NCBI GenBank assembly: GCA_965217895.1
Contig: CBDCJV010000002.1
Location: 928,001 to 992,000 of the forward strand
Length of the DNA stretch: 64,000 bases
Direction: 5' to 3'
Source: Waterburya sp.
GTDB taxonomy: Bacteria; Cyanobacteriota; Cyanobacteriia; Cyanobacteriales; Xenococcaceae
The stretch's first letter is position 1. Every line of letters begins with the position of its first letter. Positions 27,353 to 37,932 of this stretch are shown here, piece after piece. Position numbers and translations under genes: made by a program. The notes beneath the pieces were generated by a model. That model was not told where the DNA came from and made no database searches. It saw only the letters and a program-made list of their open reading frames with translations.

Positions 27353-28870
27353 TTGAGTAATGCTGTGGTGAAAATACTGCTGAGGAAAAAAAGTAGAGTA
27401 ATACTAGCAACTGCATCATTAATAATAGTGCTAGCGATCGCCTTTGTCCAGGGAGCAACAGAAAGGGTTGCAGCACAGTCGGCAGAAAAAATGCCGACAC
27501 AGATGCAGATGGTTACTTCCGCAGACTATCCTCCCTACGAGTTTAGAGATACCGCCTCTGGTAATAAAATTATTGGCTTTGACGTAGATATTGCTAGCTA
27601 CATTGCTGAGGAATTAAGGTTTGAATTAAAAATCACTGATACCGACTTTAATGGAATTATTCCTGCTTTACAATCGGGTCGAGCTGATTTTGCCATGGCT
27701 GGCATGACCCCAACCGCAGAGCGCAAAAAAAACGTAGACTTTTCAAAAATTTACTACGAGGCTAAAAACACAATTGTTGCAAAAAAGGGAAGCAACTTAA
27801 TTAAACCCCAAGATTTGGCAAATAAGACCGTCGGCGTGCAGCTTGGTTCTACTCAAGAAGAAGCGGCCAAAACCCTGACCAAAGAAGTAAAGGGGATGCA
27901 AACTAAGTCTCTTAACAAAACCAGTGAAATCATTCAAGAGGTGAAAGCAGGTCGAGTTGATGCCGCGATTATTGAAGATACTATCGCCAAAGGCTTTGTT
28001 GCTGCTAACCCCGATTTAGAATTCAAGACAATTCCCAATACCGAAGAGGCTGGTTCGGCGATCGCCTTTCCTAAAAATTCTCCCTTCGTTAATGATTTTA
28101 ACCGCGTTCTCGATAAAATGAAAGAAAATGGGAAACTTGAAAGTCTCGTCAACAAGTGGTTTGGTGACGGAAAAGAGACGGCAACACCAGCAGCAGGAGA
28201 AGCAAATAATAGTGCTTTATCATTTGCCCGAATCGCACCGAGTATTCCGTTTATCTTAAAGGGTCTGGGGACAACGCTGTTATTTACGGCTCTTTCGGCT
28301 TTTTTTGGCTTTATCTGGGGAACGATTCTTTCTCTATTCAAAATTTCTAATATTAAGCCTCTAACTTGGTTAGCTAACGCCTATACGTCTGTGTTTCGCG
28401 GTACGCCACTGCTATTGCAAATCGCGCTCGTTTACTACGCCACTCCACAGCTAACTGGCTATGATATTCCTGCCCTGGTAGCAGGGGTGATTACATTTAC
28501 ACTTAATTCAGGGGCTTATATTTCTGAGACAATTCGCGGTGGTATCCTCGCTGTAGATAAAGGACAAAGAGAAGCCGCGTTATCTCTAGGAGTTCCCTAT
28601 AAACCAATGATGCTGGATATTATTCTGCCCCAGGCAGTCAAAAACATATTACCCGCACTGGTCAATGAAAGTATTGCTTTACTTAAAGACTCGGCTTTAG
28701 TATCTACTATTGGTGTTGCCGATCTATTGCGTCGCGCTCAGATTGTCGGCGCAGAAAAGTATATATATTTTGAACCGCTACTATTTGCTGGCGCGGTTTA
28801 TTACGTAATGGTTATGTTCTTAACTTGGGGGGGCTATGCACTCGAACAAAGATTACAAAGAAGCAGTTAG
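27353..28870 (+). CDS. Polar amino-acid ABC transporter, fused substrate-binding + permease subunit (BgtB-like); exact start uncertain
   Basis: SADYPPYEF, GFDVDIA and VGVQLGS (SBP family 3); FRGTPLLLQ, SETIRGGI and KDSAL (HisM-type permease). Confidence 0.9.
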   Translation: MSNAVVKILLRKKSRVILATASLIIVLAIAFVQGATERVAAQSAEKMPTQMQMVTSADYPPYEFRDTASGNKIIGFDVDIASYIAEELRFELKITDTDFNGIIPALQSGRADFAMAGMTPTAERKKNVDFSKIYYEAKNTIVAKKGSNLIKPQDLANKTVGVQLGSTQEEAAKTLTKEVKGMQTKSLNKTSEIIQEVKAGRVDAAIIEDTIAKGFVAANPDLEFKTIPNTEEAGSAIAFPKNSPFVNDFNRVLDKMKENGKLESLVNKWFGDGKETATPAAGEANNSALSFARIAPSIPFILKGLGTTLLFTALSAFFGFIWGTILSLFKISNIKPLTWLANAYTSVFRGTPLLLQIALVYYATPQLTGYDIPALVAGVITFTLNSGAYISETIRGGILAVDKGQREAALSLGVPYKPMMLDIILPQAVKNILPALVNESIALLKDSALVSTIGVADLLRRAQIVGAEKYIYFEPLLFAGAVYYVMVMFLTWGGYALEQRLQRSS

Positions 28871-29585
28871 AGTCGAAAATTTATCCAAATCCTTTGGCAA
28901 ATTGCAAGTTCTTAAAGAGATATCTACTACGGTTGGCAAAGGAGAGGTGGTGGCAATTATCGGTCCTTCTGGTTCGGGGAAATCAACCTTTTTGCGCTGT
29001 CTAAATTTACTAGAAACTCCGACATCTGGGAAGGTTTATATTGAGGGAGCAGATATTACTAATCCTAAAACGGACATACTAAAATTGCGACAAAAGGTGG
29101 GCATGGTATTTCAACATTTCAACCTTTTTCCCCACATGACGGTGTTGGAGAATGTAACTTACGCCCCAATTAAAGTTAGAAATGTCACTACAGTCAAGGC
29201 GCGGGCTAAGGCGACAGACTTGCTAACACAGGTTGGGCTACCAGAGAAGGCAGACACCTATCCAGTCAAGCTATCAGGAGGACAAAAACAGCGAGTAGCG
29301 ATCGCACGGGCATTAGCGATGGAACCAGAAGTAATGTTATTTGACGAACCGACTTCCGCCCTCGATCCAGAAACGGTTAAAGAAGTGCTTGAGGCGATGC
29401 AAAATTTAGCTAAGACTGGAATTACAATGGCAGTTGTCACCCACGAAATGGGCTTTGCGCGGGAAGTAGCTAATCGCATTTTATTTCTCGATGAAGGGCG
29501 ACTGGCGGAAGATTCACCGCCCAGCAAGTTTTTTACTAATCCAGAATGCGATCGCGCTCGTCAGTTTCTCGAAAAAATGCTCTAA
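28836..29585 (+). CDS. Polar amino-acid ABC transporter ATP-binding protein (GlnQ-like)
   Basis: GPSGSGKS, FQHFNLFPH, LSGGQKQRVAIARAL, FDEPTSALDPE. Confidence 0.95.
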   Translation: MHSNKDYKEAVRVENLSKSFGKLQVLKEISTTVGKGEVVAIIGPSGSGKSTFLRCLNLLETPTSGKVYIEGADITNPKTDILKLRQKVGMVFQHFNLFPHMTVLENVTYAPIKVRNVTTVKARAKATDLLTQVGLPEKADTYPVKLSGGQKQRVAIARALAMEPEVMLFDEPTSALDPETVKEVLEAMQNLAKTGITMAVVTHEMGFAREVANRILFLDEGRLAEDSPPSKFFTNPECDRARQFLEKML

Positions 29586-29788
29586 CTTTTGGCTTTAATT
29601 ACCAGATTTGATTTAAATTTAGACGTTGCCGAAAAATAACGATAAATATTTCAATTATGAAATATGAAATGTCCAAAGCGTGGTTAGATAAAAAGAATAA
29701 GGTTTGGCTCTAGACAGTAGTTAACCATTGAAAACCAGGAATTATTCTTTAAACTTTGGGCGATCGCAGCAACTCTAGTTTTCATAAC

Positions 29789-30631
29789 ATGAATTTAAAT
29801 CTCGTATCTTTTCTCAGCAGCAGCATATTTTTCTTGACGATGGCTACATCGGCTACATCTGAGCCTGTTCTTAACAAAATTCAACGGACAGGGGTATTAA
29901 ACGTTGCCATTAGAGAAGATGCACCGCCTTTTGGCTATTTAGATGCCAGTAACAATCAACAAGGATACTGTCTTGATTTTTTTGCTCTTTTAAAAAAGCA
30001 GCTAACCGAAAAATTACAGCGCAATACTTTGAGTACTAAATTATTTAAGTCCACCCCCGCAAACCGCTTTACTCTGGTAGGTAATACAGTCGATCTAGAA
30101 TGTGGTCCTAACACTATTCGCTCAGACATACCAGAAGATACTAGTTTTTCGACTGGCTTTTTTGTTACGGGAACACAATTTCTGATTAAGCGAGAAAATA
30201 AAAATCGCCTCGATCTCAAAACTGATTTAGACGGTGCAAAACTAGGAGTAATTAGTAATACGACAACGGCAGATTTGATTGCTAAAAAATATTCTGGTGC
30301 TACCATTGAAAAGTACGCTGGCGTAACTGCAAGAACTAGAGGAATACAGGCAGTCGAGCAAAACAAGATCGACGCGATGATTAGCGACGGTATTTTGTTG
30401 CGTGCTGCTGCACAACAGCAGGGATTATCTTCAACCCAATATCCCCTCGTACCAAAAATTCCTTTAACTTGCGATCGCTATGGCATGATTATTAAAGGAA
30501 AAGATCCTCAATGGCGAGATTTTATTGATTCTCTAATCAACAGTCCTGAAGCAGCAAGTTTATCTAATGCTTGGTTTGGTCAACTGTATAACTACACCTT
30601 GAATGTTAAGGATTTTTGTCAGCAAAATTAA
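29789..30631 (+). CDS. Amino-acid ABC transporter substrate-binding protein (family 3)
   Basis: IREDAPPFGY, GYCLD, DLECGPNTI and LTCDRYGMI motifs; signal peptide. Confidence 0.85.
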   Translation: MNLNLVSFLSSSIFFLTMATSATSEPVLNKIQRTGVLNVAIREDAPPFGYLDASNNQQGYCLDFFALLKKQLTEKLQRNTLSTKLFKSTPANRFTLVGNTVDLECGPNTIRSDIPEDTSFSTGFFVTGTQFLIKRENKNRLDLKTDLDGAKLGVISNTTTADLIAKKYSGATIEKYAGVTARTRGIQAVEQNKIDAMISDGILLRAAAQQQGLSSTQYPLVPKIPLTCDRYGMIIKGKDPQWRDFIDSLINSPEAASLSNAWFGQLYNYTLNVKDFCQQN

Positions 30632-30799
30632 TAGTCTTAATTGATCGCTGCGATCGCGAGGCAGCCGAAGATTCTTCTAGTGGTGAGGCGATCGCACGTA
30701 GAGATTCTCTAAATCGTCGGCAGAATTACGAGCCTCGCTCTCGGTCTGTAAGAATACCCGATAGCTGCGTCCCTCCAGAGTAAAATCGTTAATAAGTAC

Positions 30800-31837
30800 C
30801 TATGCAAAATTAATTACATAGCGATCGCCGAAATCTCGCAAAATATGTTCGACGTGATGAGTTAAATGCTTCCAGCTTGTGTAAGCTTGAGCTTCGATCC
30901 ATTCATATTTCATAAATCGCCACAAAATTTCTATTAAGTTCAGTTGAGGAGAATAGGTTGGCAACCAAAAGATTTCCATTTTCTGCTTACGCCATTGTGC
31001 TATCTTTTTCCGAAATGCTAGTGAGCGATGAATGGGGGCATTGTCTAAAACTACTACCGTGGATTTGTTGATTTGTTGAACATATAAATCCAAAAATTTA
31101 ATTACTACTTCACTAATGTAAGAATATAACTCGTTTTCTCTATTTAAAAGACCTAGAATATTTAGTCGTTTACTTTGTTTGCTATCTATTCCCACTTGCT
31201 GTTTTGTTTCTTGCCAAGCGTAGGGAACATAAGGAGTGAGACAGAATCCTGTTTCGTCCAAATAGCTTAAATCTATACTTCCCTGCTGTGATAACCTTTG
31301 TAAAGCTTTGAGAATTTGCTTTTTGACTTCGTACATCTTTTTGTCTGGTTGCCCATTGGTTACTTTTCTCACTCTCTTCCATTTCATTGCCAGACATTTT
31401 AGAATTCTTTTAACTGTGTCTTTGCTAGCAACTATTCCCCATTCTTCTCTGATTTTTTCAATTACCTGCTTAAGGTTTTTCGGATTTTGTGTAACCCACT
31501 TTTTAATCTGCTGTTTTTGTGGCGTACTAAAAATTTCTTTTCTTCCTCTTCCAAGCCGATTATACAAACCTACTAATTTGTACTTTGACCAGTTATTTTT
31601 CCAGTTGTATATTGTTTTTCGGCTAACTCCAAAGATTTCAATTAGTTCTTCCAGCTCGTATCTTGAGTCGATCAGCAATATACAGTGCGCTCTAGCTCTT
31701 ACTTGATAGTTTTTACTTTGGCCGCGAGAGAGGCTTTCGGTCAGAAAGCATCTCTAATCGCGGTGTTGACGATACAATCGCCATAATATTTTGACTGTTT
31801 CTGAACTCAGTTTTCCCTCTAAATGCACTCTTTTCAC
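30800..31837 (-). pseudogene. IS630 transposase pseudogene
   Basis: DDE motifs YLDETGF, VLDNAPIH and YSPQLNLIE; N-terminus (GTG 31837) cut by a 48 bp in-frame insertion containing TAG; probable short deletion at ELYSYISEVV. Confidence 0.88.
31718..31765 (-). mobile_element. 45 bp hairpin element plus CAA, inserted in the IS630 transposase gene
   Basis: Minus strand CGT-CAA-[CACCGCGA...TCGCGGC-CAA]-AGT; removal restores ...LYRQSKNYQVRARAHCILL. Confidence 0.88.
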
Positions 31838-32149
31838 TCTCGTTTTGACTTTCTATTTACCAGTGTAATTAATTTTGCTTGACCACTTATGTTGAGAACT
31901 AACCAAAGCACTAATGGTTTGGAGTGCCGACTCAAAATCAACATTCAGAGCTTCAAGGCGATCGCGATTGATGTCTACCTGTAGTTGAGGCGTACTGGCT
32001 GTAAACTGGGTAAAAGCCGAGCCAACCGTAGGGGAGGAGTTGGCTTGAGCAATAATTTCCTGGGCATTTGCTAGAAAATCATCGATACCTAAGCTACCGC
32101 CACTTTGGTTTTGTAGCTGTAGTTCAAGTCCTCCAGCTACTTAGCAGAG

Positions 32150-34546
32150 TTATTCCCTAACAACTACTTTATAGTCTTTGCCCTCCCATTCTTGTTGGTC
32201 TTTCCAATAGAAAGTAAAATAAATTAATTGTTGATTTGGAGCAAGAGAAATATTTACATATTCAATTCTCAAATTAGTAGAAAGCGAATCTGTTTCTATT
32301 ATGTTTTGCCACTCATCAGCCGACCAGCGTAATTTGAAAGGGCGATCGCTCTGAATTCGCAGCAAAGATTTAGGCTTTATTTGTGCCACTTGCCGATTAA
32401 ACTGCCAAACTTCGAGTTGCGGGTGAGTATTTTTTTTTTGGTAACGCTCAACAACCTCTGGAATTAAATCGAAAAGGCGATCGTCACGAACCGAGCGCAA
32501 TAATTTAATATACTCTGCATGAGACCACATCAAGGGCATCGCCGAACCTGTAGGTCTACCTAAATACATATGTGCATTGGTTATATCGGCTGCATCCCAA
32601 ACTTGCTCTGGGAGTAGGGCGGTAGCCGATGACATTTTTTCCATAGCGCAAATAAATGGTTGGGGATCTCGACCTGCTGCCAGTTCGTATACTCCTCGTT
32701 CCCCTGTCAGCAGCGTCCAAGAACGCCCCGTACCCCAACCGTCCCAAGCACTGCCATCTTTCCGTTGTCCGTGTCCATCGTGGTTATATCGTTTCCATAC
32801 AGGACCAAAAGGGGTTTCGGTTTTTAGTACTTTGTCTACCACTTTTAGAGAGTCTACAATCAAAGGATCGTCAGCAGAGCGGATACCATAGCGCACTAAT
32901 TCAAGGAAACTAGGATCGACAATTTCTTTGGCGGGAAATTCTTGCAGGGAATCTGGATGACGATGGGGAATTTTGAGCATACCCTGGTTCGGATTCTCAT
33001 CTGGCTGAGGATCGTTAACGTCAGCAGGATTGATGCGAATATAGTACCGTTGGATCTGTGGGTGGAGAGTGCCTTCTGTAGTTACCGTCCAGGCTTCAAT
33101 ATGTGTCTCCAAAAAATCGGCATAATCTTCAATAAACCGTGCCGTATCTTCATCCCCTGCTTCTCTCGCCCAGGTAGCAGCACAAATAAGAGCAGCAGTG
33201 GTTACAGCCAGAGTGGCTGGAGAAAATCCACTTGACTGTTCCCATCTTTCTTGTTGAGTTACGGGACTTTGAAGAATTAAATATTTAGCTGCTGAAATGA
33301 CCGTAAAATAAGGATCGAATTGTCCCAAAGCTTGAGCTTGTTTGAGATGCCACGCTAGCATAATCGGCTTTGCCACCTCGTCTAGCTGAAGTCCTTTCCT
33401 TTTTACTTCACCATCAACGTAAAAGTTTTGGGCAAAACTCCCGTCTGGATGTTGGGAGTTGGCTAAATAAATTAAAACTCTTAGGGGTGTATCAGTCTCA
33501 CCTGCTGCTAATAATCCAATCGCACTATTGACTAAATCCCGTGGCCAAACATAGTGATAGCCACCATATTCGCTATCGTCTCCTTTTACCTGCCCCCAGG
33601 GAATAGAAAGGGAGGCAATCATCGCCCCAGGATATTCTTTATCTTCGTGAGCGAGCAAGACACTAAAGCTATTGCGGAAAAGTTTGCCGTTATCTTGAGA
33701 TATTTCTTCTAAAGGCAGAATGTCGTCGCAAGTTCGGTGCCATTGGTCGATAAAACGCTCTCGGTGCTGTTTAAAGGGAATACCTAAAGATTGGAAAAGA
33801 TTAGTTGTCGCTCGATGCAGGGTGTTGCCAAAAGCAACCGTTAGAGTAAATTCACTTTTTTCTGAGAGGTCGAGTTCTCCCATCAAAGCCACATTACCAT
33901 CCTCGGCGCGATCAAATTCCCAATTCATCTGATAATTATCGGCTAAGTCAGTCCAGCCATCACTGTGTCCGACATAACCACAAGAAAGACGTTTGAAGGG
34001 AACTGTTGCTGATATAGCTAGCCAAGTACCGTTTTTTTCAGCTACTAAAATTTCTCGACCTGCTGCGATGATTACATAAGCATTATTGTGTTTACCTCCA
34101 TCATTCAAGTGGGGCGCACAAAGAGCATAAAGTTTTAGTCGACCGAGATATTCTGGATCGCCAGTCAGCCAAGTATGCTGTAAAAGACAAGGCTGGTGAG
34201 GATCGCTAATTATTTCCTTGTGAATCGTGTAATTTCCCTTGGGATCTTCATTAGTGATGTAGTAACCCAAAGCGTTTTTGTCTATTTCTTGAATTTTAGT
34301 TTTTAAATGACGCTTTTCTTCATGAAACAAACTTTCGCCATCGCTAACTAAATACTGCAAGTCTCTAATCTGAGGGCGATCAATAGTAGGATAGTAAACT
34401 TCGGTAACAACTCCATTCCACAGGGTAAACCAAATACGACTATCGGCCGAGTAGGCAGTACCTACGCCTTGTTTGTTGCCATGTGTCCAACGAGGTTCGA
34501 TTCCTGGATGACCAAAAGCTCGATTTTGACCGCGATAATTTACCAT
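32150..34546 (-). CDS. Glycoside hydrolase family 15 (glucoamylase/glucodextranase-like)
   Basis: ASLSIPWG, GGYHYVWPRD, QERWEQ, LPEQVWD and PLMWSHAEY motifs. Confidence 0.92.
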   Translation of the reverse strand: MVNYRGQNRAFGHPGIEPRWTHGNKQGVGTAYSADSRIWFTLWNGVVTEVYYPTIDRPQIRDLQYLVSDGESLFHEEKRHLKTKIQEIDKNALGYYITNEDPKGNYTIHKEIISDPHQPCLLQHTWLTGDPEYLGRLKLYALCAPHLNDGGKHNNAYVIIAAGREILVAEKNGTWLAISATVPFKRLSCGYVGHSDGWTDLADNYQMNWEFDRAEDGNVALMGELDLSEKSEFTLTVAFGNTLHRATTNLFQSLGIPFKQHRERFIDQWHRTCDDILPLEEISQDNGKLFRNSFSVLLAHEDKEYPGAMIASLSIPWGQVKGDDSEYGGYHYVWPRDLVNSAIGLLAAGETDTPLRVLIYLANSQHPDGSFAQNFYVDGEVKRKGLQLDEVAKPIMLAWHLKQAQALGQFDPYFTVISAAKYLILQSPVTQQERWEQSSGFSPATLAVTTAALICAATWAREAGDEDTARFIEDYADFLETHIEAWTVTTEGTLHPQIQRYYIRINPADVNDPQPDENPNQGMLKIPHRHPDSLQEFPAKEIVDPSFLELVRYGIRSADDPLIVDSLKVVDKVLKTETPFGPVWKRYNHDGHGQRKDGSAWDGWGTGRSWTLLTGERGVYELAAGRDPQPFICAMEKMSSATALLPEQVWDAADITNAHMYLGRPTGSAMPLMWSHAEYIKLLRSVRDDRLFDLIPEVVERYQKKNTHPQLEVWQFNRQVAQIKPKSLLRIQSDRPFKLRWSADEWQNIIETDSLSTNLRIEYVNISLAPNQQLIYFTFYWKDQQEWEGKDYKVVVRE

Positions 34547-34872
34547 GATTGATTAAACTTACAAAGTAACACGTACTAAGACAGGCTTCTTGCGTTCTAA
34601 ATTCTTATTTTCTTCATTCATTACTTTTATCTTTACTTGTTACTCTTTTCAAAAGTCGCAATGCTCTTGGATAGTATTCATAAGCTAAACAACTATTTGG
34701 ATAATTCTATTTCGATAACGAAGTTATTTGCTTCCATAATTTGATAGAGCTTGAAGAAGCTTGTAAGAAAATCCGTGGTAAAAATGCCCAACTCACCTTT
34801 TCTTTCAATAAAAACCAAACGATAAAATGAAAATAGCTAATAATTTCAAAGATTAACGGAGAATAAGTTCCA

Positions 34873-35553
34873 ATGATAGATTTATACACTTGGACAACAC
34901 CTAATGGTTATAAAGCATCTTGTACGCTAGAAGAATTAAGTATTCCCTACACGGTACATCCAATTGACATTACCACTGGTATCCAGAAAGAAGCAGATTT
35001 TTTGGCTATCAATCCTAACGGTAGAATCCCTGCAATTATCGATCGCGACAACGATGATTTTGCAGTCTTTGAATCTGGCGCAATTATGATCTATCTTGCC
35101 GAAAAAGCAGGAAAACTATTACCCACAGACACTAAAGGAAGATCGAGAGTAATCCAGTGGTTAATGTTTCAGATGGGCGGTTTAGGGCCGATGCAGGGAC
35201 AGGCTAACGTATTCTATCGCTATTTTCCTGAGAAAATTCCTGCTGCTATTGAACGTTATCAAAAAGAAACCAAACGACTATATGGAGTTTTAGATCGCCA
35301 CTTAGCAGATAATGAATATTTAGCGAATGATTTCTCTATTGCCGATATTGCCAATTGGAGTTGGGCGCGCAGTCATAAGTGGGCTGGAGTCTCTATCGAA
35401 GAATTTTCTAACCTGCAACGATGGCTCAAGCAAATTGAATCTAGACCAGGTTGTGTCAAAGGTCTTAATGTACCCTTTACCTCAGATCCTTCAGATGATG
35501 ATGAAGCAGAAGCAGAAGCAAAAGCGATTAAAGACATTCAAGGCATACTTTAA
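34873..35553 (+). CDS. Glutathione S-transferase (YfcG/YghU-like)
   Basis: [23 protein letters not shown] and [15 protein letters not shown] motifs. Confidence 0.92.
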   Translation: MIDLYTWTTPNGYKASCTLEELSIPYTVHPIDITTGIQKEADFLAINPNGRIPAIIDRDNDDFAVFESGAIMIYLAEKAGKLLPTDTKGRSRVIQWLMFQMGGLGPMQGQANVFYRYFPEKIPAAIERYQKETKRLYGVLDRHLADNEYLANDFSIADIANWSWARSHKWAGVSIEEFSNLQRWLKQIESRPGCVKGLNVPFTSDPSDDDEAEAEAKAIKDIQGIL

Positions 35554-35686
35554 CAATGGTTAGAGCAGTTAGACGAGCGACCCCGTATCGCACCGCTAAT
35601 CTAATTTTGTACGGCTATAGTAGAGATCTAAAACCCTCTCATTATTAGCTTATATGCGAAGCGGTATCCTTTAGAGAGAGGAATCC

Positions 35687-35818
35687 TATAGTCATTTCAA
35701 TTAATTTCCTCATGGTTAACTGCTCACAGGTCAGAGGTCACAGGTCAGAGGTCAGATGAGTTTTAGGCTTTCATTAAAGTTGTCTTGTCTAATACGTTTC
35801 CTATTTAAAATGACTATA
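35687..35818. mobile_element. Short MITE with TATAGTCATTT termini
   Basis: TATAGTCATTTCAATTA ... TATTTAAAATGACTATA inverted ends; internal (C/G)AGGTCA heptamers, the reverse complement of TGACCT(C/G). Confidence 0.7.
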
Positions 35819-35824
35819 AAGGGC

Positions 35825-35863
35825 AGTTTAAGGCTTATAGCTTATAGCTATAAGCCTTAAACT
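35825..35863. terminator. Perfect 17 bp-arm hairpin between convergent GST and SOD genes
   Basis: AGTTTAAGGCTTATAGC-TTATA-GCTATAAGCCTTAAACT. Confidence 0.65.
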
Positions 35864-35867
35864 ATGA

Positions 35868-36662
35868 CTATCCAACAAAATTCTTTGCTTGTTGAAAACG
35901 CTTATTCACCTCGTCCCAATTGACTACGTTCCACCAAGCATCCAGATAATCTGTTCGCTTATTTTTATACTTAAGATAGTAGGCGTGTTCCCAGACATCG
36001 TTGCCCATAATCGGATATTTTCCTTCAACTAAAGGACTGTCTTGATTGCCTGTACTGGCAACTTCTAGCTTGCCATCACCATTCATAAGAAGCCATGCCC
36101 AACCGCTACCAAAGCGATCTTTCCCCGCAGTATTAAATTCTTCTTGAAAGGTTGCAAAGTCGCCGAAAGCATCATTAATTGCCTCAGAGATATCGCCTGT
36201 AGGTTTACCTGGACTATCAGGAGTCATAATTGACCAAAACATTGTGTGGTTAGCATGACCTCCGCCATTATTGTTCACAGTGGTCTGAATATCTTCAGGA
36301 ACACTGTCAAGATTGAGCAAAAGCTCTTCAACTGACTTACCTTTTAGTTCAGGATGCTGGGCGATCGCTTCATTTAAATTTTTAATATAAGCCGCATGAT
36401 GTTTGTCGTGATGCAAAGTCATTGTTTCAGTATTGATGTAAGGATTGAGAGCATCATAGGCATAAGGTAAGGGAGGTAAAGTAAACTCTTCAGTATTGGC
36501 TTGAGCAATAAGATTAGTCTGGGAGGATACTATTTTATTAGTCTCGATGCCGTTGTCATCTTTCTCGTATGCCATACTAGGGTCTGACCAAAAGCTACCC
36601 AGAATTAGAAATGTGCTTAATGCAATGGAAAAAATGAAGCCATAAAATCGTTTACTGTACAT
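35868..36662 (-). CDS. Mn/Fe superoxide dismutase with N-terminal export/membrane signal (probably Mn-type)
   Basis: [34 protein letters not shown] and DVWEHAYY motifs; hydrophobic N-terminal extension. Confidence 0.93.
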   Translation of the reverse strand: MYSKRFYGFIFSIALSTFLILGSFWSDPSMAYEKDDNGIETNKIVSSQTNLIAQANTEEFTLPPLPYAYDALNPYINTETMTLHHDKHHAAYIKNLNEAIAQHPELKGKSVEELLLNLDSVPEDIQTTVNNNGGGHANHTMFWSIMTPDSPGKPTGDISEAINDAFGDFATFQEEFNTAGKDRFGSGWAWLLMNGDGKLEVASTGNQDSPLVEGKYPIMGNDVWEHAYYLKYKNKRTDYLDAWWNVVNWDEVNKRFQQAKNFVG

Positions 36663-36907
36663 AAATTCTGATTTTTTAGTAAATTAGTTGGTTATAATTT
36701 TATAGTGCTACATTAGTCTATTTCTTGAATATTTTCTAAACATTTGCTGAGATTTGCTGTAAAACTTCATTTTTAACTTAATGATTGACGTCTTACTGAA
36801 ATGTCACGCATAATTGCCAAAAATGCTTGCTTTTCCCTTCAAAGCTGAGATATTTATCGAAACTAGCCTAACTAAATTAGGCGATCGCTTTAGAGGCATT
36901 AAGATAA

Positions 36908-37654
36908 TTAAGAAGCTTGTTCGTTAGCATCAACCGTATCAATCGATTCGTCTAAGGCTTTTCTGGCAATCTTGGTAACATAGAGTGTGACCGCTACTGT
37001 GGCAATCAAGCCAATAATGCGAATAGTCCATTGAGCAATAGGATTAGCATCAGGTTGGGTTTCTCCGCCAATTGTGGCGATATTTCCAGCTAGAGAACCA
37101 ATATAAACATACATAATTGTGCCTGGAATCATGCCCACTGAACCTAAAACATAATCTTTTAAAGATACTCCCGTAACACCAAGTCCATAATTTAAGAGAT
37201 TAAACGGAAAAATAGGTGATAATCTGGTCAAAAGCACAATTTTGAGTCCTTCTTTACCTACGGCTTGGTCGATCGCCTGAAATTTTTGATTGCCTGCAAT
37301 TTTTTTAGAGATCCAGCCTCTTGCCAGATAACGACCCGCTAAAAATGCTAGAGTTGCCCCAATAGTCGCCCCAAAGAAAACGTAGATTGAACCTTTAATA
37401 ATCCCAAATAAAACTCCTGCACCCAAAGTCAATATCGAACCAGGCAAAAATGCCACCGTAGCGACAATATAAATTAGCATAAAGGCAATGGGCGCGATCG
37501 CGCCTAAATCATCAACCCATTGCAGGGCATTACGTAATAGTTCTTGAGGATGAAAACTCCCGCTATTGGCTGCTGATTGTGCTTGTGCTGGTGCAGCAAA
37601 TAACATCACTCCAAGCAAAACAAGGATGACGATTCTCAAATCTTTGATTTTCAT
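36908..37654 (-). CDS. TVP38/TMEM64 (DedA superfamily) membrane protein
   Basis: FLPGSILTLGAG, LTRLSPIFPFNLLNY and GMIPGTIMYVY motifs. Confidence 0.9.
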   Translation of the reverse strand: MKIKDLRIVILVLLGVMLFAAPAQAQSAANSGSFHPQELLRNALQWVDDLGAIAPIAFMLIYIVATVAFLPGSILTLGAGVLFGIIKGSIYVFFGATIGATLAFLAGRYLARGWISKKIAGNQKFQAIDQAVGKEGLKIVLLTRLSPIFPFNLLNYGLGVTGVSLKDYVLGSVGMIPGTIMYVYIGSLAGNIATIGGETQPDANPIAQWTIRIIGLIATVAVTLYVTKIARKALDESIDTVDANEQAS

Positions 37655-37932
37655 AATTTTTGAGAGGGAATATTGCCTCTACTTTAACTCCATAATTAAA
37701 TTTCACAAGACTTGCTGAAAATAAGCTGAAAACTTGGCTAGCTGTTAATTAATTTTATAGTTCGTAGTAGGTAGTAAGTAGTTCGTAGTTGCAGAAAACT
37801 ACCTAACTGTCCTAACTACTAAAAGCTAAATAAAATGACTTTAGAAGTGAGTTTTGATAGTCCAAACCAGACAGAAAGCTGGTATGTTATGGGGAGACAA
37901 ACAAGAAAGATCGGGGTTTACTTTTTTTAAGA

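Larger units (their letters stand above)
30793..31889 (-). mobile_element. IS630-family insertion sequence (inactivated)
   Basis: Imperfect TIRs AGTACCTATGCAAAATTAATTACA / AGTGGTCAAGCAAAATTAATTACA (reverse complement); TA duplication at 30793-94 and 31888-89. Confidence 0.92.
30688..32140 (-). pseudogene. Internal fragment of an AcrB/RND efflux permease, split by IS630
   Basis: 32137-31890 reads AGGLELQLQNQSGG...FTQFTASTPQLQVDINRDRLEALNV...SSQ and 30794-30688 continues HINDFTLEGRSYRVFLQ...LYVRS; one frame is restored when the IS and one TA are removed. Confidence 0.85.

Noticed and set aside
30658..30687. 30 bp segment between two HIP1 sites as a HIP1-targeting mini-element
   Set aside because: Single copy in the window with no convincing structure; cannot be separated from deletion debris
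34700..34830. Possible gene remnant (FDNEVICFHNLIELEEACKKIRG...) between GH15 and GST
   Set aside because: Too short, no start codon, and no family recognised
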